A DNA stretch of 64,000 nt. It comes from Adineta vaga. Its lineage: Eukaryota; Animalia; Rotifera. Made by a program: the position numbers and the translations under genes. Below are positions 26,395-40,063 of this stretch, in pieces (positions within the stretch are counted from its first letter, which is position 1; every line of letters starts with the position of its first letter). The stretch covers positions 10,850,001 through 10,914,000 of the forward strand of contig CP075496.1 in the NCBI GenBank assembly GCA_021613535.1. Reading direction: 5' to 3'. The notes beneath the pieces were generated by a model that did no database searches, had not been told where the DNA came from, and saw nothing but the letters and a program-made list of their open reading frames with translations.

Positions 26395-27153
26395 ATGACA
26401 ACACTGACAACTAAATTTCAAGATATAACAAAACAGTTACAACAATTAACAATCTGGAGACCAAATGAACGTAATCCACTTCTTGAACTTGATCGATGGC
26501 GTACTGATGCTCATCAAATAATTGAACAATTGTATAATAGAAAACGACACGAAATTGAACTACTTTCAGAAAAACATGAACGAGAGTTTCTACGACAATT
26601 AGCACGACAACGTTTACAATTGAATAATGTTCAGAAAAAGTTAACAACAAAATCAGCATGTAATGCACATCTTCGTGCATTTAATGATAATACAATATTT
26701 AATGAATTACAAACAATTGAACGTGATATTAATACGCATTTAGGTCGAGCGGAAATAGTTATCGAAACAAATCCTCTGAATTGTGATGGTTTAGTCACAC
26801 TTGGTCTTAAAACATATCTTTCATCGGCACCGCTCATGTATTCCAAAGAGGTTTCATACAAAGACTCACCGAAAAAACCCATGCGTCGGCCAGCAAGTGA
26901 AGTTCAACATGCCTATGATAAATGGCTTTTCAGTAAAAATGAGGAAGAAACTGCTCAAAGAGAGTTATGTAGTGCTCGACAAAAAGAATCCAATGTTCAA
27001 GAGAAACAGTCAACTCGACGTGAGCAAAATACTGCAGCTTTTAAAAGATGGGAAGATGCAAAACGAGAACAAGGTGCATTTAAGAAGAAAAAAGTAACTA
27101 TACATAATAATGATGATAATAATAATACTGAGCAAGAAGATCATGGAACATAG
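26395..27153 (+). CDS. Hypothetical coiled-coil protein, intronless
   Basis: 252-aa ORF; helical N-half (LDRWRTDAHQIIEQLYNRKRHEI); C-terminal AYDKWLFSK and AFKRWEDAK helices. Confidence 0.7.
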   Translation: MTTLTTKFQDITKQLQQLTIWRPNERNPLLELDRWRTDAHQIIEQLYNRKRHEIELLSEKHEREFLRQLARQRLQLNNVQKKLTTKSACNAHLRAFNDNTIFNELQTIERDINTHLGRAEIVIETNPLNCDGLVTLGLKTYLSSAPLMYSKEVSYKDSPKKPMRRPASEVQHAYDKWLFSKNEEETAQRELCSARQKESNVQEKQSTRREQNTAAFKRWEDAKREQGAFKKKKVTIHNNDDNNNTEQEDHGT

Positions 27154-27739
27154 AAACTTTCTTTTAGTTAAATACTTCGTGATATTTTTTAAATGAATAT
27201 TTTTTAATGTTTCAAAAAGGAAATAGTCACATCATTCGTGGAAAAAGATATGAATACATTTATAATGATAAGAAAAGAAAAACTTAGTAAATATTTATGA
27301 TGTTTTTATTACTGATTATCTTTATCAAATGATATATTCACAAAATAAATCCGTCAATTTGTCGACTTATTTCTTTTATTATATATAAAAAAAAGAGATC
27401 AACTCGAAGAATTAGATTGATCTTTATTACGAATGGACTTTCGGTTTCTTCTAGACTCTATCTTCTTTGTATGTTGTTCCTGCACTTTGGATAGTTAGAC
27501 TTTTCAAATTAAAAAAAAGTTCTTATCTCATCAAATAAATGAATTGAAATCGTCAAAAAAATCTACCAATGAAAATAGATATCAATTAATTCTATTCTAC
27601 TGTTTATATTTAATCAAAGTTGTGAAGATTTGACATTGTTCAGTAAAATATTGAAACTACATTGACATTCTGTGTATTTAAGTATAAATGTGGAATAATA
27701 ACATATTTAAACATATGTTGTGAACAATAATTCAACTAA

Positions 27740-28116
27740 TTATAGTTTTATCGATGATGTTTCAATAGATTGATCTGCAAGTGTAGCTTGAATATACTGG
27801 TATTTATAGAAATAGACAGCAATCAGTAAAAACATGAGAAGAAAGATAATTCCGACGAAAATTCGAAAACATAATGAATCATATTGAATAAATGATAAGA
27901 ATCGAATTCTAAATGATTGATCAGTATTTGATAATAAATAGTCGTCTTTCTTCTCCAAATTAGGATAATTCATCATGGAAAGATCTATTCAAATGTATAG
28001 AAACATTAATTGATCATATATTAAAATAAACTTCTTTATTGCTTACCTATTAATGTATCTTCATCAGTATACCTTGAGTAGAAATATGCAGAACAGCAAC
28101 TAAGATCATCATCCAT
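27740..28116 (-). CDS. Small single-pass membrane protein
   Basis: Exons 28116-28047 and 27984-27740 join in frame via a phase-1 GT-AG intron: MDDDLSCCSAYFYSRYTDEDTLIDLSMMNYP...FRIFVGIIFLLMFLLIAVYFY. Confidence 0.6.
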
Positions 28117-30724
28117 CGTTTCACTTGGTTTCTGTTATTCGATATTTGTTAGATAGTAGTGGTAGCAATCGATAACAATCGACTAATTAATCAGATATGA
28201 CGTATTTGAGTAGGTTGAATCTAAATGTTGCCCTGAAACAATTGAGTCGGTTGGAAAAATAATCGACGAAAAAAATATTCAGATTAAAATAATTTTTTCG
28301 AAAATGATTCTTTATATTTATGCGACGAACAGCGAAAAACAATGTGACGACTATTGTGTACGCACTTTACGAACAGCTAAATTGAGAACAAGAACATGCT
28401 CTGTAATATTCTACTTTACGCAAAATGATGCACTGTCATACCTGAAGTACGCGCACTTCGAATGACACATGAAGCGTAAAATATTTCTAAATAACATTCT
28501 CTATCAATATATACACTCATTAATTTGATAAACAAATGCGGATTTCTACTCTATAGAAGTTCTTTTACAAAAAAAAGTATATATAAATATAATTGAACGT
28601 TTTAATAAAAACATCTTACTGACGTATGGATTCGAGTGCTCAAGTTACTTATAATTCTATAGTCTTATTCTTCACAATCTTAAGAAATAAAATACTGCAA
28701 ACGTCTTATTCTCTTATATCAAGAATGATTATACAATAGAAAAAAAGCTCAAACAATAGAAAGAAAAATAAACAACTAATGTTATTTTAAGGTGTAATAT
28801 GAGTTTGATTTATTGTCATGAAAATTGGATTTATAAACTATTCATAATTATAATAAGATAATGTATCGCAAAGTACTACATTTCTCTTATGGAATCAAAC
28901 AAAAACATATACTAGGAAATTATCTCTCTTTCCAGATTTGAGTTTGCATCGATCAATGACATGACCATATACGATAATTTTTGATTTTTACCGCTAGTAT
29001 TTTTAGAATATTAATAAATTATTGACATATGAAATGCTCTGTTCTATTCTCATTAATTTATAAATGTCTATTTTGTTGCATTGAATGCGAAGAAACATTA
29101 CGAAAGGTATTGGGGAATATAGTTTAGTCATTATTACATGAAATTACATAACGTCAGAATAAAAAGAATAAATTTGTAGTCATTCTATTGACACTGTTTG
29201 CAATATTATCTCAGACATTTTTCTTCTGCCAAATATTTAACAGACTATGAACAGATGTTAGTGTAAATATAAATATAAATCTATATCTTCTCGTGAATGC
29301 TTTCTGATAAGATGGATCGTAAGAAGAAAAAAGAATTGATGCTATTTCATTCATTTTAACCATAACGTTACAATAGACTATAGCATCTATTAATGCTGTT
29401 CTCTCCAATTTACTTCTAAATGAACAGCAATGACTTCTCCAAATCTAGCAATAGAAGTGTTGGCTTAAAAGCCACATAGCTTTCTTCGCATAGTGTGCCA
29501 TCAGCTACAGTCATATTTCTTAAACTTGCAAGACTATTAAAAACATTACGACACAGAAGATAAACTTTTCTGTATTTACTTAACAATAGTCGTTTTGTTG
29601 ATATGAATTAATAAGAGTTATAAAGAACGATGAAGAACAGTTCATACGGTTCGCATCGTATGTCGTCATTAAATTTCAGTACTATTACTAGCAAGAATCG
29701 ACAATAGATATGTTTATTAAAACCTATTGCGCTCTCTAATTATCTTAAGAGTAATCATACTGCTGAAATACTATACTCAACACCTGTATAGTTGGAGATG
29801 GTTAATAGTGGTATTTCGCCACGATTTACAATCTTGTTACTAAAATAGAACCATCTCCAAAAATGAAGCAAAACACTATTGTCTACAATTTGTCGATGAC
29901 TTTTATATAATATCGAATTGATTAGAATGAAAATTAGATTTTGTCTCTCGTCAGTAGCAGTGATATTATAATATAATATCGCTTAATAAAATCTATTGAC
30001 ATATTTTCATTTATAAACTTGTACTTTTATTGTTGAGATTATTTGAATATAATGTTATATATATATATCTCAATAGTTATGAGAATATGTTTTTGAAATA
30101 CTCACACGTTTGGAAACGTAACAGATTCTAAAGTAGAAAAATACATAATTTTAGCCTTTTCTACTTCAAAATCGAATCTATAGATGTTCTTATGCAAGTA
30201 AACTATCATTACTCAACTCTAAAGATTCTGTTCTCTTGAACTAAACATTCGAACGAGCACGGCATCTATCTTTACATATTGTGCATGTGTGTGTCTCCAC
30301 ACCTCACAAAGTATAACTCAATGAAAAAGAAAATGACAAGTCGCTCTACGATTCGCTTTACTATTTATCAAATAAAAATTGAAAACGACTTTGCTAAAAA
30401 AAACGAACCACAAGGTCTATTACTACAATGTGTACGAATACGATTAATTCTCATTATTGAACCTTTGTTCAGAGAATTCTAAATTTACATATAGATCATG
30501 CCCATTACAGTTTAAGTAAGATAAGACACACATATATATATATAAATGTTTCAAACATTTTTTTGTCTAGAGATAGATAATACAATCAATGTTTATGATA
30601 GACAGCTTTATTTTAAACAAAAATTAAGGTAAGCCATCGATCTAGATATTAAAACATTATGTTTTTATTCAGAAATAGAAGTAAATAGAAAAGGGCTAGA
30701 ATTTCATACGAAAATAGTTTTCTA

Positions 30725-33700
30725 TCAAATATGAACGAAGTGTTCTGATGAATTATAAGGATCAGAAACGTCTTTCAGATTGGAAGAAGTTGTTGATGGA
30801 TATCGACGGTTGTAGTTCATTGAAGGATGGAACTGATCAGATTGCGAATGAAATGATCTAGATGGTTCTGGATATTCGTTCGATCGATATCCTTTCTTGT
30901 CGACTACCATAGAATCAAGTGCTGCATAGGGAACTTCTGCAACAACAAGACGTCCTGATGATAAATATTCAGCCTTTTCTATGGTAATTATTGAATCGGC
31001 AGATAAATTCAAACAACGAAGAGCTTTTTGAATATCACGTAATTCAGATGCTGAAACCATTGTCGAAGAAATACTTATTGATCGATCATTAGTTGATGGA
31101 AATGTTGGAGGACTTCTATAGTTCATCGATTGTAATGATACGGTATCATTTCGTACTGGCGAAGATGTTCTGTAAGTTTCATGAACTGGTGGTACAATAT
31201 TCGATGTGAATGATGATGTTGGTAACTTTCGTTCAGTTGATGGAGAAGCAGAGAAATTGACCGTGCGTTTATAGGAAATAGGTGAAGATATTGTTGGAGA
31301 ATGATAATGAGCGCTTCCTTGACCATCTATAACGTATGGTAGAACATTATCATCTTCGTCAATTGCACTATTAGTTTTTATTCGATCAGAGTTGTAAGAC
31401 GATGAAAGTGTTGGTAAGTAATCTGTGGTTTGCGATTTGGTTTCAGCTACTATTGATGATGTTGGATGTGGCGAAGTTGGTGGTGTATCAGAAGGATAGA
31501 TGCGTTTATAAAATGATGGAATTGGTGGAACTGCATGATCAGGAGGTGAATCGTTGTCAATTATCCATACATCTTCTCGAATGACATCTGGTTTACTTTT
31601 ACGTGCTACATTTTCATTTGTACTAATAGAAATTTGCGATGGTACATTTTGTTGTTGAGATGCATTTGATCTTGTGGAATTATGATCTGACCAGTACGGA
31701 TTCTTCCACGGTTCATTTTCTTGTTTAGGTAAAATTACGTTCTGTGATTTATTATCTTTCCAATAAGGATTCTCCCATGGTTTATCATCTTGTTTAGAAG
31801 ATGTTGTAGTTTTCGATGTACTATTATTCCAGTAAGGATTTTGCCATGGATTGTCCTGTTGTTTTGAAAGTGTAGACATTGTACTTTCTGCATTCTTTTG
31901 TACTGAATTATTCTTTAACTCATCTGTTGGTTGATCAGCAGTTGGTATTGAAGACTTATTATCTTTCCAATATGGATTATCCCATGGTTTATCTTGTTGT
32001 TTAGGTTGCACTTGAGACTGAGTGTTGTTATCTTTCCAATAAGGATTAGTCCAAGGTGTATCTTGTTGTTTCGATAGTGTTCCTCTTGTAGTTGCGTTGT
32101 CATTGACATCTACATTTTTCTGTGATTTTGTTGATTGATTATCATCAATAATAACTTTATATCTATCATCTTTCCAATAAGGAAGTTTTGGTGCGTCATC
32201 TTGTTTCGGAGTAAATGTCGGTATAAAAGGTTTGTTCTCTTCTTGTAAAGTTCGAACATTAGAATCTGTGCTCTGTGGAATCTGATCTTTCCAGTATGGA
32301 TTCTGCCATGATTTTTCTTCGTTTTTGGTAGTTGTTTGCGTTTCAGGAATGACATCATTGAGTTTTAAATTCTTCTCTAACTTGTCTTGCTGCTGAATAG
32401 AAGCTAATGGTTGAGACGTTTGTTGTTTCCAATATGGATTCGCCCAAGCTATCTCTTCTTTTCTAGTAGATGATGGTATGTCGGATTTCTGTTCTATTGA
32501 ACTGAGATTTCCTTTTAATTTATCCTGATCTGCAATAATCGATGGTGTCTGAGGAATATGATCCTTCCAATACGGATTTTCCCATGGTTTCTCTATCTCT
32601 TTGGTAGATTTGACACTTGTATTGGTCTGATCTTTCCAGTATGGATTCATCCATGGTTCATCGTATTTTTTAGTAGATGTTGATTGATTAGATGTGCTGT
32701 CTTTTGAAATAATTTTCTCTTCTGGTTTTTCTTGTTGTTCAAGAGAGACTGAAGTTTGAGTTGTAACATGCTTTTGGTAAGAACTTTCCGTTGGTTTATC
32801 TTCTTGTTTCTTCGAAGTTGAAATCTCGGATGATTGGTTCTTCCAATATGGATTCTCCCATGGTTTCTCTGCTTCTTTTAACGCTGCTGAATTACTAGTT
32901 GTATCATCTTTCCAATATGGATTTTTCCATATCTCTTTTTGTTCCTTAGATGGCGTCGATATTCGGGCGAAGCTGTTTTTGTATCATTTTGATTTGTTGA
33001 TTGATTACTTGGTTGCTTAGATGACTCTGTTTTGGTCTTTTGATCTTTCCAATAAGGATTTGCCCATGATTCATCTGGCTGCTTATTGAATGTTGGTATA
33101 TCGCTTGTATCCTTTTTCAAAGTCGAATCTGTTTTTAATTTCTCTTCGGTTTTGATAGATGTTGCAGTTAGTGGTGTTTGATCTCTCCAGTAAGGATTTG
33201 ACCATAATTTTTCTTCTGTTTTGGTATTTGAAGATACTGAAGATTTATTATCTTTCGCATTCGATATATCCTTTACTTTATGTTCTTCATTTGTTAGTGC
33301 CGAAATCAAAGGCGTTTGTTTCGTCCAGTAAGGATTCTCCCACGGAGTCTCTTCTTCCTTCGTAGATATCGATAATTCAGACTTCTCATGTTCTAACTTT
33401 GGATCACTTTTTGATTTATCTGGTTCGCTAACAGCTGTTGCAATTGAAGATGATTTATTTTTCCAATACGGGTTTTCCCATGGATTCTCTTCTTTCTTTG
33501 CGATTGCAGACTCCTTTTCTAATTCATCAGATTTCAATGCCGACGGTTTTTGTTCTTTCCAGTACGGATTTTCCCATGATTTTTCCTCTTTCTTTGACTC
33601 TGTTGATATCTCGGATTTAATATTATTCGACTTCATTTTGTCCGTAGATGCATCCATTTGTTTATCAGATTTTACATTTAGAGGTGAACTGTCTTTCAAA

Positions 33701-36007
33701 TAAGGATTTATCCATGGTTCAACTACCTTGTTTGTAGTTGAAGACTCCTTTTCTTTTTCATCTGATTTTACGGTCGACAGTTTTTGTTCTTTCCAATACG
33801 GGTTATCCCATGGTTTCTCTTCTTTCTTAGGTTTTTCATCTTTTAAATTTATATCACCTGTTAATATATTTGGTTGACTAACAGATCGTAAAACCATGGA
33901 CGGTTTATCTTTCCAATAAGGATTTTCCCATGTAGCCTCTTCTTTTGTCGTGGATTTCATTATTTCAGGTTTTTTGTCTTTTAAAGGCAGATCATCTATC
34001 GATTTATCAGGTTGACTAACAGATGATTCTGGAATCGTGAATAATTTATCTTTCCAGTAGGGATTTTCCCATGGTTTAACGTCCTTTGAATTTGATTTAT
34101 CTTTTGATTGATCATGATGTGTCGTTATCGTAAAAACCGGTGCTGATTTGTCTTTCCAGTAAGGATTTTCCCATGGTTCACTTTCCTTCTTCGCGCTTGC
34201 CAACTCCTTGTTTTGTTCATCTGATTTCGAGGCTATCGATTTTTGTTCTTTCCAGTAAGGATTCTGCCATGGCTCTTCTTCCTTTTGACTTATTGCCGAT
34301 GTTTCAAGTTTATCTTCTTGTGAAATCGATTTATCTTCTAAATCATCATTCGGTTTAATTAACGATAAACTTAGTCGTTTTTTTTCTTTCCAGTACGGAT
34401 TCTCCCACGGTGCTTCGTCGTCTTTCGGGTGGGTAGACGTGGATATTTCAGATCTATTCTTTTCTAAATTGAGATTGTTCTTGGATTCATCTGATTGCTT
34501 AGCGGATATTGATTCTGAAGACATTCGATCTTTCCAGTATGGATTCTCCCATAGCTTCTTTTCTTCTGTAAGAGATATTGACTTTTTAAACTTATGATCA
34601 TCCCAATAAGGATTCTTCCAAGGTTGTTCTTCATTTTTCGTGGATTCTAATGTATCTTCTTTGATGTCTTTCGGTTTCAGATCATCTGTTGATTCATTCT
34701 GTTGTTTATGAAGTTCTTCACGTATAAGCTTCTGAGTTTTCCAATATGGATTTTCCCAAGGTACATCTTCTACTTTAGTATTTAACGGATTTGATAATGT
34801 ATCATCTTTTTGATGAACGTTCTTCTGTGATTCATCCTTCATTTCAAACACTGTTGTAAATACTGGTGACTTTTCAAACGTTTCAGCGTTTAGAGAAGAT
34901 TCTTTTTCTAGCGGTCGAGTAGAATCGATCAAAAGATTAGATTCTGTATGAGCTAAAAGAGAAGAGAGATGTTCACTTCTTATTAAAGGCTCCTTCTGTT
35001 TATCATAAGAAGGATTAAAAGAAGCAGTACTTATTCTCTTCTCTACAGTGATTTCGTTATTCTCTGGATTTGATCTTGACCAATACGGGTTGACCCATGA
35101 TTTGCTAGTATCCACATTGACTTTGTCTGCCGAAAGAAGTGGTTGATTGAGCGAAGATACTATCTTAATATCATCATCACTCTCTTCGTCAGATGAATTT
35201 GTTCGTCTCGAACGACGAATATTTGAAGAATGTCTATGTAATTTTGGTGTCGCATCGTCATTTTGTGACTGATCATTTTTCGGTGCAAGGAAATCATCGT
35301 GACCATCACTCCGATCTGATATACATTTTGTACCGGTATGAAATGAATCGATAGATGTAATTGAAATATCACTTGAGCCGCTCTTTTCACGTCTGGTAGT
35401 TATAATTTTGTTTTGATCATCACTTGTAACAGATTCAACCATGACTGACGATATATGTATGTCAGATGGCAAACTACAAAAACAAATTTTATTTGATTAT
35501 AGTTCAAATCAATTCTAAATAATTGGGATATTACTACCGTTGAGGATCTTCATTCTCGATCTTTTTTATTTGTGTTATTGTTGTTCCTGGCTGCCAATTA
35601 ACACCCCAATACGGGTTAATCCATTCGTTTCTTTCTGTTTGTTGTTTTCGTTCAATTTCAACAGTAAGATCACTTTTAGTTGTTTTCTTGTTTCTCGCCT
35701 CTGTACTGACATCACTGTTTAAATATATGTCATTAATTGCTCTAATTAAAGTGTCATCATTATCATCTTCGGAGTCGTCGTCGTCGCTGTTATCATCATC
35801 ATCATTTTGAGGTACAATCTTTTTCCTCACATTATCTTTTTTCGCTGCACTTGTTGGATCCTGTTGTTGTTGTTCTATATCACTTTTCACATCATACCAA
35901 CTATCAGTTGCTGTTGTTCTTGATGTAGCATCTGACGTTACCGATGATGTGGTATCATCATCAGAACTTTCATCTTCTGTTGAACTCTGATTTTGTCGAC
36001 TAAACAT
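30725..36007 (-). CDS. Large (~1740 aa) low-complexity protein with ~28 WxNPYWK[DE] repeats; 1-nt frameshift near 32962
   Basis: ORFs 36007-35534, 35472-32878 and 32650-30725 share the motif. Phase-2 intron ~35537-35474 joins the first two; restoring one base near 32962 joins the last two through an open 32960-32650 segment containing two more motifs. Confidence 0.85.
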
Positions 36008-37096
36008 TCGATATATGACAATCGTCTAGTAATATCTTATCTAACAAAATGAATAAAAAAAACAAGTCTTAATACGTAAAGCTACCGATGAGAAATGAAG
36101 GTTACATATAATAATACCAATAAATAAATGTCTATGTAAAAGTATCTGTGTTTATCAATGACGAAAAAGAGTATTTCGTTTTTTTTTCAATATATGCCCA
36201 TGAGAAAGAAAAAACAAAAGCAATTCAAGCATAACTACCCAGTGAGAAATGATATCAGAAAAATGTTATTTATAGGATCAGTGAATCATAATTGTATATA
36301 GTCATGTTTCTTTTCTTTCTTTTTTTTTCTTTACTATTTCACCCAATGTATCGATTTATTTTGTCATCATTGAGGTATCAAAGAATGTATCGATAGAGAA
36401 AACAATGTTATTCTAATTTGTATAATCAAGGATAATTGTCTTTGAAAGACGAGTGAGATTATGTTGATGTATGTGTATGTTGTTTCTCTCCTTTTTTTTA
36501 CGGCAATCATGTTTGTATATCTTTTCGTTCTCTCTTCCTTTTTATACAAGTTCATAAAATAGTGAAGCGCTTGCAAATGGATTAAAAGACTTGTTCGTTC
36601 AACTAACCAACTCTCAAGCGAGGATAGCTGTTATGAAATAACTTTATTTCGTAGTGAGTTGTCATATGAGAAGTTGAGGAGTATGTATGATGTAACAGAC
36701 ATGAAAGAGAAAGAAAGAAAGAAGAAGAAAAAAAGACTTTTTTTCAAACATATCACGTAATCGTAAGTCTCAGTCAATTGACAATATTTCTTTTTTTTAC
36801 GTCCTTTTTGTGATGTGTCTCTGTCTGTATATGTAAATTATAACTATCGTCAACGTTTACTTATGTTCCTAATGAAAAAAATTGTTCGAGTAAGTTCAAA
36901 TCTATCAATTAATGACAATAATACTGATCATTGTTGTACATGTCAATAGTAGAATGTTTTTCCTCCTCTTTTAACCTCATTGATTGTGTACAATACGCGA
37001 GTGAGTGAGTAGAAAAAGTTGTGACTGAAGTAAAGAGGACAGGTCAACTTCATTTATTATTCTTTCATTCTACATCTGAGATATACGACAACATAG

Positions 37097-38207
37097 ATGC
37101 CTTTTAACCGTCTACGACGTTGGGTAAGCATGTTAATATTCATAGTATTGTTGAAATTGAATAAAAAAAAGAGATTTTATTAAAAACAAACAAATAAGAA
37201 GATTATTTAATGTATCTATTTTCTTTTTTACAATTGTTTTTTTAGAGAGCACTTCTGCTCTGTCGATTTTCGGTAAGATTGAGCATATGACAAAATGAAA
37301 GCATGTCTTGATCGCATGAGCATCTTGAAATGATACAAAAAATTCATTTTAATACAAAATCTCTCATCTTAACATTTCATTTAGAATCATGGAGATGAAC
37401 ATGTCTATTCAACATATGATGAAACATTTGCTAGTGAATCAATTTCTTCAAAAGATACACATAGTCATTCAAGTAATCAAAACTATAAAACAATCGTAGT
37501 GTAAACATCTTCTTTCTTTTCATTGTTAGGTTCATCAGATGGTGGTATCTCATCCGGACATGAAAGTTGGATGAGTAGTCAAACAAATGTGTATGATCAA
37601 ATTTGTTATGATACTATTCAAACAAATACAGAGAATAATTTGACAATGAAAGATGCGGATCGATCAGCACCTTATACACCTAGTTATTTATCTGATGATA
37701 CAACAGCTGAACATTATTATTATCGTTTACCAACACCATCATCAATGAATGAAATTATACCAGCAAAATCTGATCATCTTCAACAGCAACAACAACCAAC
37801 TTCGAAAAAAGCATTACATAAAGAATTAGCTTATCGACAGAAAATGTAATATTGAAAGATTCATTGTGAAAATATCGAAGATTAAATTGTTTTTCTAGGG
37901 GACAATTATTACCGAAAAAACCTGAGTTATTGAATGTTTTTAAACATCGACGTGAAGAAGAAAAGAAACGTGAAGAAGAACGTATGCGTGAACAAACAAA
38001 ATTAGAACAAATTCTCGCTCGTCAACGACAAAAACTTGATGAAGTATATTTAATTGCATAATAGAAAACTCATCTTTTTCCATTTTATTTTATTTCATTT
38101 AGACAAATAATATTTGTTCAATATCTAGTAATGCAAGTGCATATTCAAATGAATTTGAATTTGTTTATCATCGAATTCGTCAACAACAGAAGAATAAAAG
38201 AGAATAA
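37097..38207 (+). CDS. FAM107/DUF1151-like actin-associated protein
   Basis: Multi-exon. LHKELAYRQKMGQLLPKKPELLNVFKHRREEE...LEQILARQRQKLDE...NEFEFVYHRIR matches the FAM107 pattern (LH.EL, KPEL, LE..L.+R.QKL, EF..V). Confidence 0.75.
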
Positions 38208-38361
38208 CATTGATTTGTTTTTATGTTCATTAAATGATAAAGATAATCATAGTTTTTTTTTCGTTTTGTTTTCTCTTTCTTTCTCTCTTCTTTCAGATAA
38301 AAGAAAGACTAATAAAGAAAAAGATACTGCTCAAGTTTTTTTTGAAATTCACATTTCTTTC

Positions 38362-40063
38362 ATGCCGCTCAACATATCAAATCAAATTAACTTTTTTGTA
38401 TATTTTCTTCTACTTATTACATTTTATTCACCATGTTCAAGTATGATAATGCCAAATCAATTGATGGATAGTGATCCATGTGATACATGTAGAAAGATAG
38501 GTGAAAAATTCGTCGAGGTATGGTTTTGAATTTTGAATAATAGGAAATTTTATTCCATGAATTTTGTAGGGCTATAAAAAAACGGCTGGAAGTAATTTTG
38601 GAGGGTATGAAATATTCTATTTGCTTGTAATCCTTTTAATCAATCTTCTTTTATAGAGGTAATACAGATTGGGAAGAAAAGAAATTGAAAGGATATGCAA
38701 AAAGGTAATGATGATCAGTTTTAGCCTTTTTATGAAAAGATGAAATTCGAATGAGATTTTACATATGACCGAGAAATAACTTGTGTTAATATAAAAGAAA
38801 TCAATTATAAGCTTAATCAAGTTCACTTTGATTGTAGACAATAAGAATTCATCGAAAATGTTTGTTCACATTAAGCTCTTCAAACAAATGATCTTCTTAA
38901 GCTCTTAATTATTTCAAGGACTTTTTGAAGATTTTACTGTTTAGTTAATACTTTTTGTGTATACTTTACTATTCTTAATCTACTAAATGAAACATTTCTT
39001 TCAATTTTGATTAAACTTTTATCTCGTATATTTTTGTTTGATAAAATAAGGTTTAAACATCAACAGGTCTCTTTCATCGCGAAAAATCCTTGATTTATTC
39101 GATAGAAATAATCATCTCCTACAAAGAATAATTCCTACAATTTCGATTGTTTGCATGTTTTTTTTCTTCATCTAACTGACTAATCTATGATAAAATCAAT
39201 ATTCTAGTGAAACTCGTTTGATTGAAGTACTGGAAAATGCATGTTCAAAATCTGAATCTCAAGTAATTTCAATTTTTGTGTTTTAGTTTTTCAAAATCAT
39301 TTATTATATGTATATCTATATTTAGTGTAGTACTTTCCTTGAAAAATATGAAGAACCTATTGAAGAATGGTATCAGACGAGTTCATTAAAAACAATCGAG
39401 ATTTTTCCTCAATGGTTATGTATTGATACAGCAAAAGTATGTTGTCCTGAAGGAACATTCGGTAAGAATTGTCGACGATGTCATTATGGTAATAATGGAC
39501 TTCTCTGTTCGGGCAATGGAATGTGTGATGTAAGATAGAATAATTTTCTTATCAAAACATTTTAGTTCTATATAATCATAGGGTGATGGTAAAAGATCAG
39601 GTAATGGTCGTTGTATATGTGATACAAAATATAGTGGAACCAATTGTTCGAATTGTCGAAAGGGTTATACTAAATCAATTGATCTAAATAATCAAGTCAT
39701 ATGTACAGGTAAAATATAAATTAAAAAAATCAACTTTTCCTATTGTCTTCTATAGATATTGATGAATGTCAAGGCAACTTCTTTTTTTCACCATGTGGAC
39801 TTTATAAATGTAATAATACAGACGGTCAGTTTGAATGTTATGGTACGTTAGTTCTTTTTAATAATGGATTAGTTTATTTTTCTATGAAAAAACAATTTCA
39901 TTTAGGTGAACCATTCTATCGTCAATTACCAAAAATGAGCGTATTAGCTGTTCTTTTCCTCACAACAGGTGTTTTAATGTATAAAGATATGCAAGTTCTT
40001 GCATTGCTAACTAGTACATTAGCAACTGCACTAGTGATTCTCTTTGCTAGACATATTATGTGA
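38362..40063 (+). CDS. CRELD: Cysteine-rich with EGF-like domains protein (CRELD1-like, C-terminal TM)
   Basis: Signal peptide; CDTC; KTAGSNFGGGNTDWEEKKLKGYAKSETRLIEVLENAC; WLCIDTAKVCCPEGTFGKNC; CSGNGMCDGDGKRSGNGRCIC; DIDEC; two hydrophobic C-terminal helices. Confidence 0.92.

Noticed and set aside
28200-30700. Intergenic 2.5 kb as a possible transposon remnant
   Set aside because: No terminal repeats, target-site duplication or transposase/RT fragments recognised.
32878-32965. Programmed -1 ribosomal frameshift in the WxNPYW gene
   Set aside because: No X XXY YYZ slippery site or obvious downstream structure; a 1-nt deletion explains it.
31690-35620. Recurring ~24-nt DNA motif (ttccaatanggattnncccatgg) with unique spacers, superficially CRISPR-like
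   Set aside because: Copies vary at synonymous positions, spacer lengths vary widely and keep frame, and all lie in one eukaryotic ORF with no cas genes. It is a protein repeat.
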